Notes under the pieces: model-generated
The model's input: the letters and a program-made list of their open reading frames with translations, nothing else
Database searches by the model: none
What the model was told of the DNA's origin: nothing
Origin: an uncultured Solirubrobacterales bacterium
GTDB lineage: Bacteria; Actinomycetota; Thermoleophilia; Solirubrobacterales; 70-9
Direction of reading: 5' to 3'
NCBI GenBank assembly: GCA_963817275.1
Contig: CAWFOA010000008.1
Coordinates: 101,454-165,453, forward strand
DNA length: 64,000 bases
Translations under genes and position numbers: made by a program
Part shown: positions 10,397 through 19,607 of the stretch, one piece after another
Numbering within the stretch: the stretch's first letter is position 1
Layout: each line of letters begins with the position of its first letter

Positions 10397-11632
10397 CTAG
10401 GCGGAAACCTCGAGGCCCTCGAACTCGGCTTCAAAAGCGTCGAGGGTGGGATCGATCTCGTGCATCTGGAAGGACTCGCGCGCCGCGTCGAGCGTCTTCA
10501 GCCCCTCGCCGGTGATGTAGGCGACCACGCGCTCGTCCGAGCCGATCGCGCCCGCCTCGGCGAGCTTGGCGAGAACGCCGATCGTCACGCCGCCCGCGGT
10601 CTCCGTGAAGACGCCCGTGCTTTCGGCGAGCAGCTTGATCCCGGCGCGGATCTCGTCGTCCGTCACCGACTCGATCACCCCATCGGTCTTGCGAGCGAGC
10701 TCCAGCGCGTAGGGACCGTCGGCGGGATCGCCGATGGCAAGGCTCTTGGCGATCGTGTCCGGCTTCTGCTCGGGCTTGCAGACGTCCCAGCCCTTGGAGA
10801 AAGCGGTTGCGACCGGCGAGCAGCCCTCGGCCTGCGCGCCGCAGAAGACGGGCAGCTTGCCCTCGACCAGCCCCAGGTCCCGCCAGTCCTCCATGCCCTT
10901 GGCGAGCTTGGTGAAGAGAGAGCCTGAGGCGATCGGCGCGACGACCCGGTCGGGCAGGCCCCATCCGAGCTGCTCGATCGTCTCGAAAGCCAATGTCTTC
11001 GAGCCCTCGGAGTAATACGGACGGAGGTTGACGTTGACGAAGGCCCACGGGTGCGTCTGGCTGAGCTCCGTACAAAGGCGGTTGACGTCGTCGTAGGTGC
11101 CGCGGATGCCGACCAGGTTGGTCCCGTAGATGCCCGTCGCCAGCAGCTTCTGCTCCTCGAGGTCGGACGGGACGAAGACGTAGGAGTCGAGGCCGGCAGC
11201 CGCCGCATGGGCGGCGACCGCGTTGGCGAGGTTCCCCGTGGACGCGCAGGCCACGGTCTCGAATCCCAGCTCCTTCGCCTTGGCCACGGCTACCGCCACG
11301 ACGCGGTCCTTGAAGGAGTGCGTCGGATTTGCGGCGTCGTTCTTGATCCAGACCTCGCCGATGCCGAGCTGCTCGGCCAGGCGATCGGCCCGGATCAGCG
11401 GCGTGAGGCCGGGCTCAAGGGGATCGCCGGGGCGGCCGCTGAACGGGAGGAAGTCCGAGTAGCGCCAGATCCCGTGCGAGCCGGCCTGGATCTTCCGCTT
11501 GGCCTCGGCGGGATCGATGTCAGAGAAGTCATAGGAGACTTCCAGCGGCCCAAAGCACTGCTCGCAGACGAACCGTGCCTCGAGCGGATAGCTCTCCCCG
11601 CATTCCTTGCATTTGAGCGATTCGACTGCCAT
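10397..11632 (-). CDS. Threonine-synthase-family PLP enzyme with an N-terminal zinc ribbon. It may be a sulfur-carrier-dependent homocysteine synthase rather than ThrC.
   Basis: 411 aa. It has a CxxC...CxxC ribbon (KCKECGESYPLEARFVCEQC), the PLP-lysine motif NPTHSFKDR and the ASTGN motif. A SAM-I riboswitch precedes it. Confidence 0.85.
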   Translation of the reverse strand: MAVESLKCKECGESYPLEARFVCEQCFGPLEVSYDFSDIDPAEAKRKIQAGSHGIWRYSDFLPFSGRPGDPLEPGLTPLIRADRLAEQLGIGEVWIKNDAANPTHSFKDRVVAVAVAKAKELGFETVACASTGNLANAVAAHAAAAGLDSYVFVPSDLEEQKLLATGIYGTNLVGIRGTYDDVNRLCTELSQTHPWAFVNVNLRPYYSEGSKTLAFETIEQLGWGLPDRVVAPIASGSLFTKLAKGMEDWRDLGLVEGKLPVFCGAQAEGCSPVATAFSKGWDVCKPEQKPDTIAKSLAIGDPADGPYALELARKTDGVIESVTDDEIRAGIKLLAESTGVFTETAGGVTIGVLAKLAEAGAIGSDERVVAYITGEGLKTLDAARESFQMHEIDPTLDAFEAEFEGLEVSA

Positions 11633-11646
11633 CTGGCTCCTCTACG

Positions 11647-11680
11647 AAAAAACCTCCGCCGGGTCGAAGTGGGCGGAGGT
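11647..11680 (-). terminator. Intrinsic terminator forming the riboswitch expression platform
   Basis: The minus strand reads ACCUCCGCC-CACUUCGACCC-GGCGGAGGU followed by UUUUUU. It lies 22 nt upstream of the ThrC-like start codon. Confidence 0.7.
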
Positions 11681-11698
11681 CCTGTCGAACGCTCTTCC

Positions 11699-11811
11699 CA
11701 CATCTTCCAGGCTCTCTGACTTCACCTGCTGGAGTTGGCACCTTCCTCGGACATGGTCCGAGGGGGTTGCCGGGGTTTCTACGGGCCAGTCCCTCCACCC
11801 CTCTTGATGTG
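11699..11811 (-). promoter_or_regulatory. SAM-I (S-box) riboswitch aptamer
   Basis: The minus strand reads CACAUCAAGAGGGGUGGAGGGACUGGCCCGUAGAAACCCCGGCAACC...GGUGCCAACUCCAGCAGG...GAAGAUGUG. P1 (CACAUC/GAUGUG) and the conserved GAGGGA, GGCCC, GCAACC and GGUGCCAA-UCCAGCA blocks are all present. Confidence 0.85.
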
Positions 11812-11953
11812 GTGCTTATGTGCAGGCCAATATAGCAACGCCCGTTCGCGCAAATTCGGGCGTAAGCGTTCGCCCGCAACCTCGGGCGTGTCGTAAAGTG
11901 GCGACTGGACATGGATTCGATCATGGAAGCGATGAGCCCAACAGGTCCGGAAG

Positions 11954-12955
11954 ATGCCGAACCTCCCTCGCCCCAGACTGCGCAGGACCCGCGCCGGCGA
12001 GCTCGTCGCGCCGCTTCCGCCTGAGCCGCAGGCGCCCAAGGTCGAGGAGATCGCGGCCGAGGGGCTGCGCTGGGTGAAGATCGACGAGCCCGGCGCCCTC
12101 GAGCAGACCTGGCTCGAGGAGAACTTCGACTTCCACGCCCTCGACTACGAGGACGTGCTCTCCCGCAACCAGCGGCCGAAGATCGACGTCTATGACGAGT
12201 ACCTCTTCATCGTCCTCCAGTTCCCGATCTTCGACCGTTCGGCTCGCCGCCTCGGAGCCGGGGAGCTGGACCTGTTCGTGGGCCCCGGCTTTCTGATCAC
12301 GATTCCCAATCAGCCGCTGCAGCCCGTGGAGTACCTGTTCGAGCGCTGCCGCCAGAAGGAAGAGATCCGCGAGCAGCTCTTCTCGCGCGGCTCGGGCTAC
12401 CTGCTCTACCGCCTGGTCGACGACGGCTTCGACTACTGCTTCCCGATGCTGCGCAAGATCGGCAACAAGCTCGACGTCCTCGAGGAGGAGATCTTCGAGG
12501 GCCGCTCCGAGGAGATCGTGCGCGACATCTCCAACGTGAAGCAGGAGATCATCAACTTCCGCAAGGTGATCCGCCCGCAGCGCCCGGTGCTCAGGGACCT
12601 GGAGAAGGTCAAGCAGCGCTATCTGGCGCCGGAGATGGACCTGGAGATCTACTTCGACGACATCGTCGACGCCCACGAGCGGATCTGGGACATGCTCGAG
12701 AACTACAAGGAGGTCGTAGAGGCGCTCGAGGAGTCGAACGAGTCCGTGATCTCGCACCGGGTCAACGACATCCTGCGCGTGCTCACCTCGATCAGCGTCA
12801 TCGTGCTGCCGCTGACGCTGCTCGCCAGTATCTGGGGCATGAACGTGCGCGTCCCCGGCGAGCAGGACCTAACCGCCTTCTACGCGATCGCCGGCGTGAT
12901 GGTCGTGCTGCTGGTCGGCATGGTCCTGTTCTTCCGCAAGCGCGGTTGGTTGTAG
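11954..12955 (+). CDS. corA: Magnesium/cobalt transporter CorA
   Basis: 333 aa. Two C-terminal TM helices carry the GMN signature (ASIWGMNVRVPG). Confidence 0.9.
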   Translation: MPNLPRPRLRRTRAGELVAPLPPEPQAPKVEEIAAEGLRWVKIDEPGALEQTWLEENFDFHALDYEDVLSRNQRPKIDVYDEYLFIVLQFPIFDRSARRLGAGELDLFVGPGFLITIPNQPLQPVEYLFERCRQKEEIREQLFSRGSGYLLYRLVDDGFDYCFPMLRKIGNKLDVLEEEIFEGRSEEIVRDISNVKQEIINFRKVIRPQRPVLRDLEKVKQRYLAPEMDLEIYFDDIVDAHERIWDMLENYKEVVEALEESNESVISHRVNDILRVLTSISVIVLPLTLLASIWGMNVRVPGEQDLTAFYAIAGVMVVLLVGMVLFFRKRGWL

Positions 12956-12972
12956 CTACATACGATTCGGCT

Positions 12973-13458
12973 GTGCAGCGGATCTGGGCGCCGTGGCGCC
13001 TCGAATACGTGAAGGACGCCTCAAAAGACATCGAGAGCGAGTGCATCTTCTGCGCCGCGTTGGGCGCGGATGACGACGAGGCGAACCTGATCGTCCACCG
13101 CGGCGAGCGCTGCTTCGTAATCCTCAACAAGTTCCCGTACACGAACGGGCATCTGATGGTGGCCCCCTACGAGCATCTATCGGCCCTCCAGGAGCTCGAC
13201 GCCGAGACGATCACGGAGCTGATGTCCCTCGCCCAGCGCGGCATGGCCGCCCTAGAGTCGAGCTACTCCCCGCACGGCTACAACGTCGGCGTCAACCAGG
13301 GACGGGTCGCCGGCGCCGGGGTCGAGCACCACATCCACATGCACGTCGTTCCGCGCTGGGGCGGGGATACGAACTTCATGCCGGTCCTGGGGGACACCCG
13401 CGTCATGAACCAGACGCTCGAGGACAGCTTCGCGACCGTCCGCAAGGCATTCGGCTGA
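12973..13458 (+). CDS. HIT-family nucleotide hydrolase/transferase
   Basis: It has the histidine triad HHIHMHVVPRW. A GTG at 12973 is the likely start, because the track ORF beginning at a TTG at 12946 overlaps the end of corA. Confidence 0.8.
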   Translation: MQRIWAPWRLEYVKDASKDIESECIFCAALGADDDEANLIVHRGERCFVILNKFPYTNGHLMVAPYEHLSALQELDAETITELMSLAQRGMAALESSYSPHGYNVGVNQGRVAGAGVEHHIHMHVVPRWGGDTNFMPVLGDTRVMNQTLEDSFATVRKAFG

Positions 13459-13461
13459 GCC

Positions 13462-14838
13462 ATGGCGATCAGCGCTCCCCCGGCCGGGATCTTCAAGGCC
13501 TACGACGTCCGCGGCCTCTATGGCGAAGAGCTCGACGCGGAGACCGCGCACCTGATCGGCCGCGCCTTCGCCCGGGTCCTCGCCCGTCTTCGTGGCAAGG
13601 AGACCTCGGATCTGCGGGTCGGCCTCGGCCGGGATATGCGCCTGAGCGGGCCGGAGATGGCAGCCGGCGTCCGCCAGGGGCTGGTCGAGGAGGGCGTCAC
13701 CGTGATCGACGCCGGGCAGATCGCCACCGAGATGAGCTACTTCCTGGTGGGCTCCCGCGAGCTGGATGGCGGCGCGATGGTGACCGCGTCGCACAACCCC
13801 AAGGCCTACACCGGCGTCAAGCTGATGAGGGAGGGCGCCCTCGCGCTCTCAGGTGACGCGGGCATCCAGGACGTCCGCGCCGAGATCGAGGCGGGACTGC
13901 CCGACGCGCCTGGTGGCGGATCAGTCGAGGAGATCGACATCTACCCCGACTTCCACGAGCACATGATGTCGATCGTCGATCCGTCCGCAATCGGCCCTCT
14001 CAAGATCCTCGCCGACGGCAGCGACGGCATGGCCGGGCCGATGGTCGGGCCTCTGCTCGATCAGCTGAACCTCGATGTCACTACGAGTCGCTGGGAGCCC
14101 GACGGCGACTTCCCCGATCGCGGGCCGAATCCATTGCTCGAGGAGAATCGGCGCCTCCTGGTCGAGCGGGTCCAAGACGAGTCCTTCGATCTGGCGATCG
14201 CCTGGGATGGGGACGCAGACCGATGCTTCTTCATCGACGGTGAGGGAGCGTTCTGCGACGGCGACTTCGCTTGCGCCCTGCTGGCCCGCGCTGCGCTGGC
14301 CAAGGAGCCCGGCTCAACAATCCTCTACGACCCGCGCTCCAGCCGCGCGGTTCCGGATACCGTCGCCGCGGCGGGCGGAGAGTCCGACCTGAGCCGGGTC
14401 GGGCACGCCTTCTTCAAGATCCGGATGCGGGAGACCGGCGCGGCATTCGGCGGAGAGGTCTCGGGGCACTACTACTTCCGCCACTTCTACTGCGCGGACT
14501 CGGGAACGATGCCGGCCCTGCTCATGCTCGAGCTCGTCTCCCATGAGGGCCGCTCGCTCTCCGACCTGATGGCCGAGTTCCGCTCGCGCTATTTCATCTC
14601 CGGCGAGATCAACTCCGAGGTCGGCGATCAGGAGGGGAAGATGCGGGAGATCGCGGAGCGCTACTCCGACGCCGAGATCGGCCACCTCGACGGCGTCTCG
14701 ATCGACTACCCGGACTGGCACTTCAACGTCCGGCCGTCCAACACCGAGCCGCTGCTGCGCCTGAACCTCGAGTCGCTGATCTCACCGGAGGACATGGAGG
14801 CGAAGCGGGACGAGGTGCTGGGGCTGATTCGGTCGTGA
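13462..14838 (+). CDS. Phosphomannomutase/phosphoglucomutase
   Basis: 458 aa. It has the active-site Ser loop MVTASHNPKAYTGVKL, the metal loop WDGDADR and the GEVSGHY motif. Confidence 0.9.
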   Translation: MAISAPPAGIFKAYDVRGLYGEELDAETAHLIGRAFARVLARLRGKETSDLRVGLGRDMRLSGPEMAAGVRQGLVEEGVTVIDAGQIATEMSYFLVGSRELDGGAMVTASHNPKAYTGVKLMREGALALSGDAGIQDVRAEIEAGLPDAPGGGSVEEIDIYPDFHEHMMSIVDPSAIGPLKILADGSDGMAGPMVGPLLDQLNLDVTTSRWEPDGDFPDRGPNPLLEENRRLLVERVQDESFDLAIAWDGDADRCFFIDGEGAFCDGDFACALLARAALAKEPGSTILYDPRSSRAVPDTVAAAGGESDLSRVGHAFFKIRMRETGAAFGGEVSGHYYFRHFYCADSGTMPALLMLELVSHEGRSLSDLMAEFRSRYFISGEINSEVGDQEGKMREIAERYSDAEIGHLDGVSIDYPDWHFNVRPSNTEPLLRLNLESLISPEDMEAKRDEVLGLIRS

Positions 14839-15936
14839 CGGACGACACCGGGGGAACTGCTGAGACCCCGGTTGAGGTCTGGCAGACCATCGTGGACGCC
14901 GGCATCCGCGTCCTGCGGATCCCGACCCCGTTTCGGGTGGGGAGAGTCAACACCTACCTGCTGGAGGACGAGCCCCTCACGCTGATCGACAGCGGGCCCA
15001 ACTCCGGCAAGGCCCTGGACGAGTTGGAGCGCCAGCTCGAGGCGCTCGGCCACGGAATCGACGAGCTCGACCTGGTGATCATCACCCACCAGCACATCGA
15101 CCACCTCGGGCTCGTGGACATCGTCGCCAAGCGCTCGGGAGCCGAGGTGGCGGCCCTCGACCTGCTCGCCCCGTTCGTCGAGAACTTCGGGAACGACGCG
15201 GAGCGCGACGACGAGGAGGCGGCCGCGCTGATGCGCCGCCACGGCATCTCGGAGGAGGTCGTCACCGCACTGCGCCAGGTGACGGGCAGCTTTCGCGCCT
15301 GGGGCGCGAAGGCGCACGTGACCAGGCCCCTGGCCGACGGCGAGGTGCTCGAGCTGCGAGATCGGCGGCTCGAGGTTCAGCACCGACCGGGACACAGCCC
15401 CTCGGACACCGTCTTCTGGGACGAGGACCGGCGGATCCTGATCGCCGCCGACCACCTGATCAAGCACATCTCCTCGAACCCCCTGATCTCCCGCCCGCTC
15501 GACGGTTCAGGCGAGCGCACCCAGGCGCTCGTCACCTACCTGGAGTCCCTGAAGAAGACGCGCGAGCTGCCGGCGGAGATCGTCCTCTCCGGTCACGGAG
15601 AGCCGATCACCGACCACCGTGACCTGATCGACCAGCGCTTCGCGATGTATCAGCGCCGCGCGGAGAAGCTCTACGGCCTGATCGCCGAGCAGTCGCGGAC
15701 CGGCCACGAGCTGGCCCAGGCGATGTGGGGTGACGTCGCCGTCACCCAGGCGTTCCTCACCCTGTCCGAGGTGATCGGGCACGTCGACCTGCTCGTCAAC
15801 GCCGGCCACGTCCGCGAGGTTGACGACGACGAGGTGATCCGCTACGAGGCGACCTCCGGACGCGAGCGCGGACGAGCTCGGCGACCTGATCCCGGGCGGC
15901 AACCCGGCGATCGCCGGCGGCTCGGGCAGCATCTAG
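14835..15936 (+). CDS. MBL-fold metallo-hydrolase, probably frameshifted near 15865
   Basis: It has the HxHxDH motif ITHQHIDHLG. After ...VIRYEAT the track ORF becomes Arg/Pro-rich and runs into the opposite-strand gene. The +1 frame instead reads DELGDLIPGGNPAIAGGSGSI followed by a stop at 15934-15936. Confidence 0.65.
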
Positions 15937-16802
15937 CGCGGGCGGCAGTAGCCGAATACCGTGAAGTTCTGCGGACATGCCGCCGATCGTCGCGGCGGAG
16001 ACCGACCAGCCGCGCCGTGCGAGAACGTCGCCGAAGACCAGCGGGCCGCTGGCGAGGCCGGCAGCGGGCGGGCTTGCCGCGTAGCCCACCGCCTCGCACG
16101 AATCTTCCCTTCTGCACAGCCGGGTGTCAGTGCCGATGGCCACGGCCCCCGGACGTGGGCCCGCCGCTACCAGGGACGACATCTGACCGACCACCCTTTG
16201 CACCTTCCCCCGGACGCAGTAGGCCTGCGACGTCGTAGATGTCCTGCGGCGTTGCGCCGACGTTGGTCACCTCGACGCTCCAGTTCCGGCCGAAGCCGCG
16301 CGAGCGGTTGAAGTACGCGCCGGTCGACGAGGACGTCTTGAACCCCCCCGAGATCGCCGTGGTGCGCTTCGGGCAGCTGAGCGGTGTTCCCGGTGGTCTG
16401 GCCCGGACCACGCTCGGGAATGAAGTCGGTGCGGACGGTGCCCCCGAGCAGGATGGACCGCCTGCGCTTCTCGCAGTAGGCGTACGCCGTGAACGCGTCG
16501 TGCGGCAGGCGTCGCGAAAGTGCTCGGACCCGGACACCCGCCAGCCGTCGCCTCTCGGCGTCATGATCGACTCGCTGACGACGAACCAGCGACTCGAAAG
16601 GCCGGCACCCAGGATCCTGGGAACCGAGGTCGTGAATCCGCCCGACACCGCCTTGGTGCCCTTCGGACAACGAGCCACCACGGTCACGGTCGGGCCGGTC
16701 CGGTCGCGCCACCCCCACAACCGCGCGGACCGAGTGACGGTCCGAAGCTTCGCGGCATCGGCGGGTGCCGCCGCCAGGGCGAGCGACCGCGAGCGCGATC
16801 AC
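15933..16802 (-). pseudogene. Degraded paralog of the triple-repeat secreted protein at 31828-32793, with at least 5 frame changes
   Basis: Three frames must be spliced to read the protein. The pieces are VIALAVA / LALAAAPADAAKL...VVARCPKGTKAVSGGFTTS / DAFTAYAYCEKRRRSILLGGTV / LSCPKRTTAISGGFKTS...VEVTNVGATPQDIYDVA / YCVRGKVQRVVGQ... / NFTVFGYCRPR followed by a stop. It shares the C-x-x-G-T-x-x-x-SGGF and Y-C-(K/E)-K motifs with the intact paralog. Confidence 0.6.
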
Positions 16803-16905
16803 GATGCATCCTCCTCGGACGCATGGGCGAGCCTAGGCCAGACGCCCCAGCGCGGTCAATAGGCTGCCGGTAACCCGGCCGAACGCCGGGGTTAGGAAAA
16901 CAGGC

Positions 16906-17916
16906 GTGCCCACGATCGCCCCTGCCCAGAGAGACCCCGCACCCGCGGCCACCGCCGTCCCGCTCGAACCCGGAGCGGAGAAGAAGCGGATGCTGATCAT
17001 CGTCAACCCGTACGCGACCACGGTCTCCGACCGGCTCAAGAACCTCGTCGTCTATGCGCTGCAGGCCCGCTACGAGGTCGAGGCCGTCGACACGGAGGCG
17101 GCGGAGCACGCGATCGAGATCGGCCGCGAGGCGCGCCACGGCGGCTACGACATCGTCGTCGCCTTCGGCGGGGACGGGACTCTCAACGAGGTGGCGAATG
17201 GCCTGGCCGGGACCGATGTCCCGGTCTCGGTGCTCCCCGGCGGCTCGACCAACGTGGTCTGCCGGACACTTGGGATTCCCAATGACGTCGTCGACGCGAC
17301 CGAGCATCTGATCGGGCTCGCCGACGACTTCAACCCGCGCAAGATCGATCTCGGCCGCTGCAACGGCCGTCACTTCGTCTTCGCCTGCGGTGTCGGGCTG
17401 GATGCGACGGTCGTGAAGCGCGTCGATGCCCACCCGCGGCTCAAGGCCCGAGCGCGCCAGTGGTACTACACCTGGGCCGCGATCACCGGCTTCTACCGGC
17501 ACTACCTGCGAAACCCGGTGCGGCTCGAGCTCGAGATCGAGGGCGAGAGGCATGAGGGCGTAACCGCGATCGCGCAGAACTCGGATCCCTTCACCTACTT
17601 CGCCAACATCCCGATTCGCATCTGCGAGGACATCGGCCTCGATGACCGCACGCTCTCGATGGCCCTGCTTCGTCGGGCCAAGCAGCGCGACATGCTGCCG
17701 ATCGCGACCCGCGTGCTGAGCCGCCGGCTGCACGTCTCGAATCACCGGCAGATCGACGAGTTCGACGACGTCGCCGAGGCGATGGTGCGCTCGATCTCGA
17801 TGGACGAGGATGGCCAGCCCCGTCCCTTCCCCGTGCAGGTCGACGGCGACTACATCGGCGAGCACACCGAGCTGCGCTTCTCAGTCGCTCCCGGCGCGCT
17901 CACTATCGTCGCGTAG
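16906..17916 (+). CDS. Diacylglycerol-kinase-family lipid kinase (soluble type)
   Basis: 336 aa with a GTG start. It has MLIIVNPYATT and the catalytic-domain motifs VVAFGGDGTLNEV and LPGGSTN. Confidence 0.85.
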   Translation: MPTIAPAQRDPAPAATAVPLEPGAEKKRMLIIVNPYATTVSDRLKNLVVYALQARYEVEAVDTEAAEHAIEIGREARHGGYDIVVAFGGDGTLNEVANGLAGTDVPVSVLPGGSTNVVCRTLGIPNDVVDATEHLIGLADDFNPRKIDLGRCNGRHFVFACGVGLDATVVKRVDAHPRLKARARQWYYTWAAITGFYRHYLRNPVRLELEIEGERHEGVTAIAQNSDPFTYFANIPIRICEDIGLDDRTLSMALLRRAKQRDMLPIATRVLSRRLHVSNHRQIDEFDDVAEAMVRSISMDEDGQPRPFPVQVDGDYIGEHTELRFSVAPGALTIVA

Positions 17917-18406
17917 GCGGCCCGGACAGAGGCGCGGCCGGATCTACTTGTGGCTCGCGGTGAAGGTGACCTTCGATCTTCCCGGCGGGGCAGAGGTCCT
18001 GGGCATTGAAGTGGTAGATCGCGTACCCATTCACCTCGTTCGAGCTGACGAACTTGCCGTGGATCTTGTCGATCTTGTTGCCGAGGAAGGTGTGCGTGAT
18101 GGTGAAGGTGCGGTCCTTGCCGAGCTTCTTGCTGGACGTGCTGCCGTCGACCGTGAAGACCGGGGTTGAGAGGCACAGCCCCCACGCCACGCTCGGCTCC
18201 GTCGTCAGCGTCACCTTTCCCTTCTTCACGGTGAAGTCGATCAGCCGAAACCCTGGGCTCACGGCCTCCTGGGTGGTGCTGCCGCTGTACTTGCCGGTCT
18301 TGATCGGGGTCCCGGCTCCGGCGGTGACCGTCCACCCGGCGACCACGAGCAGCAGGGCCAGCGGCACCACGGTCGCCGTCCTGCGAAATGTCTTGGATCG
18401 AGTCAA
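17903..18406 (-). CDS. Secreted hypothetical protein; the C-terminus may be frameshifted
   Basis: 167 aa. It has a signal/TM-like N-terminus (TATVVPLALLLVVAGWTVTAGAG). The tail GHLHREPQVDPAAP overlaps the neighbouring gene, whereas another frame reads VTFTASHK followed by a stop at 17944. Confidence 0.45.
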   Translation of the reverse strand: MTRSKTFRRTATVVPLALLLVVAGWTVTAGAGTPIKTGKYSGSTTQEAVSPGFRLIDFTVKKGKVTLTTEPSVAWGLCLSTPVFTVDGSTSSKKLGKDRTFTITHTFLGNKIDKIHGKFVSSNEVNGYAIYHFNAQDLCPAGKIEGHLHREPQVDPAAPLSGPPTRR

Positions 18407-18447
18407 GTTCCTCTCCTCCCCCGCGCGCTCTGACAGTATCGCGGGAC

Positions 18448-18879
18448 GTGGCCAAGGGGGACCCTAACTGTCGCTTCTGTCAGATCGTCGCCGGGGACGA
18501 GTCCGCCCATCTGGTGTTCGAGGACGAGGTCACTCTCGCGTTCCTCGACAACCGCCCCCTCTTCCCCGGGCACTCGCTGCTGGTGCCGCGCGAGCACCAC
18601 GAGACTCTGGCGGACCTTCCGGGCGAGCTGGTCGGGCCGCTGTTCGCCAACGCCAAGCGGCTGTCCGAAGCGGTGCCCAGGGCAATGAAGAAGCCCGGAT
18701 CCTTCGTGGCGCTCAACAACGTCGTCAGCCAGAGCGTCCCCCACCTGCACGTGCACGTCGTCCCGCGCAAGCCGAAGGACGGGCTGCGCGGGTTCTTCTG
18801 GCCGCGCACGAAGTACGGCTCAGAGGACGAAATGCGTGAGGTCGCCGAGAGGGTGCGGAGGGCCGTCGGGCAGAGCTAG
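18448..18879 (+). CDS. HIT-family protein
   Basis: It has the CRFCQIV motif and the histidine triad VPHLHVHVVPR. A GTG at 18448 is the likely start. Confidence 0.8.
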   Translation: MAKGDPNCRFCQIVAGDESAHLVFEDEVTLAFLDNRPLFPGHSLLVPREHHETLADLPGELVGPLFANAKRLSEAVPRAMKKPGSFVALNNVVSQSVPHLHVHVVPRKPKDGLRGFFWPRTKYGSEDEMREVAERVRRAVGQS

Positions 18880-19565
18880 GTGAGCTTCGTCCTGCCGGAG
18901 GCCGGAGAGCCGAAGGGGATGGAGGCGGTGACGGTCACCGACGCCTTCGACTTCTTCTTGAGCTTGTTCTTGCCGGCCTTGCTGAGCTTCACGGTCGCGA
19001 ACTGCTGGCCGGCGGACAGGGACAGGCCGTCGGCCTTGCCGATCGTGGCCTTGCCGAGCTTGGCGACCAGCGAGGCGCCGTCGACCTTGGCCGTCGTGTT
19101 GATCGCGACCAGGATGCCCTTCTTGCTCGCCTTGGCGAGCTTCTTGCTGCGAACGCTGACCGTGGCGGATGGCCGCGCCTGCGGGGCCCCGTTGGAGGTC
19201 ACCACCAGCGTCGCCTGCATGGTCGTCGGGTGGACCGTGCAGAAGAACGTGTAGCTCCCTGCACTGAGGTACTGGGTGCCCTGGACGCCGGTCGAACCGC
19301 CGGAGATCGTCGGCGTGCGGAAGAGCGCGCCCCCATCGGGGCCGTTCTGGTGGGCAGTGACGTTGTGGCTGCTGCCGGTGACGTTGAACGGGACGACCTC
19401 CCCCTGGTCGGTCGTGTAGCTGGCCGCGGAATAGGTGTCGTCGATCTGCCCGACAACCGTCTGGGAGGCGGCAAGCGCCAGTCCCCCGGCGAAGAGAACG
19501 CCGGCGATCACGAGCCCTGCGACGAGCCCCAGTCGCCTCAGCCTGTCCCTGGCCATCTGCACCAC
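18876..19565 (-). CDS. Membrane-anchored cupredoxin (type-1 copper) domain protein with a Lys-rich C-terminal extension
   Basis: 229 aa with an N-terminal TM helix. The candidate copper ligands are His in SSHNVTAH, plus Cys, His and Met in FFCTVHPTTM. The roughly 100 aa K-rich tail is unassigned. Confidence 0.65.
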   Translation of the reverse strand: MVQMARDRLRRLGLVAGLVIAGVLFAGGLALAASQTVVGQIDDTYSAASYTTDQGEVVPFNVTGSSHNVTAHQNGPDGGALFRTPTISGGSTGVQGTQYLSAGSYTFFCTVHPTTMQATLVVTSNGAPQARPSATVSVRSKKLAKASKKGILVAINTTAKVDGASLVAKLGKATIGKADGLSLSAGQQFATVKLSKAGKNKLKKKSKASVTVTASIPFGSPASGRTKLT

Positions 19566-19607
19566 ACCGATTTATACGCGAGTGGCGTCCGGGGGGATTG
19601 CCCGAGC

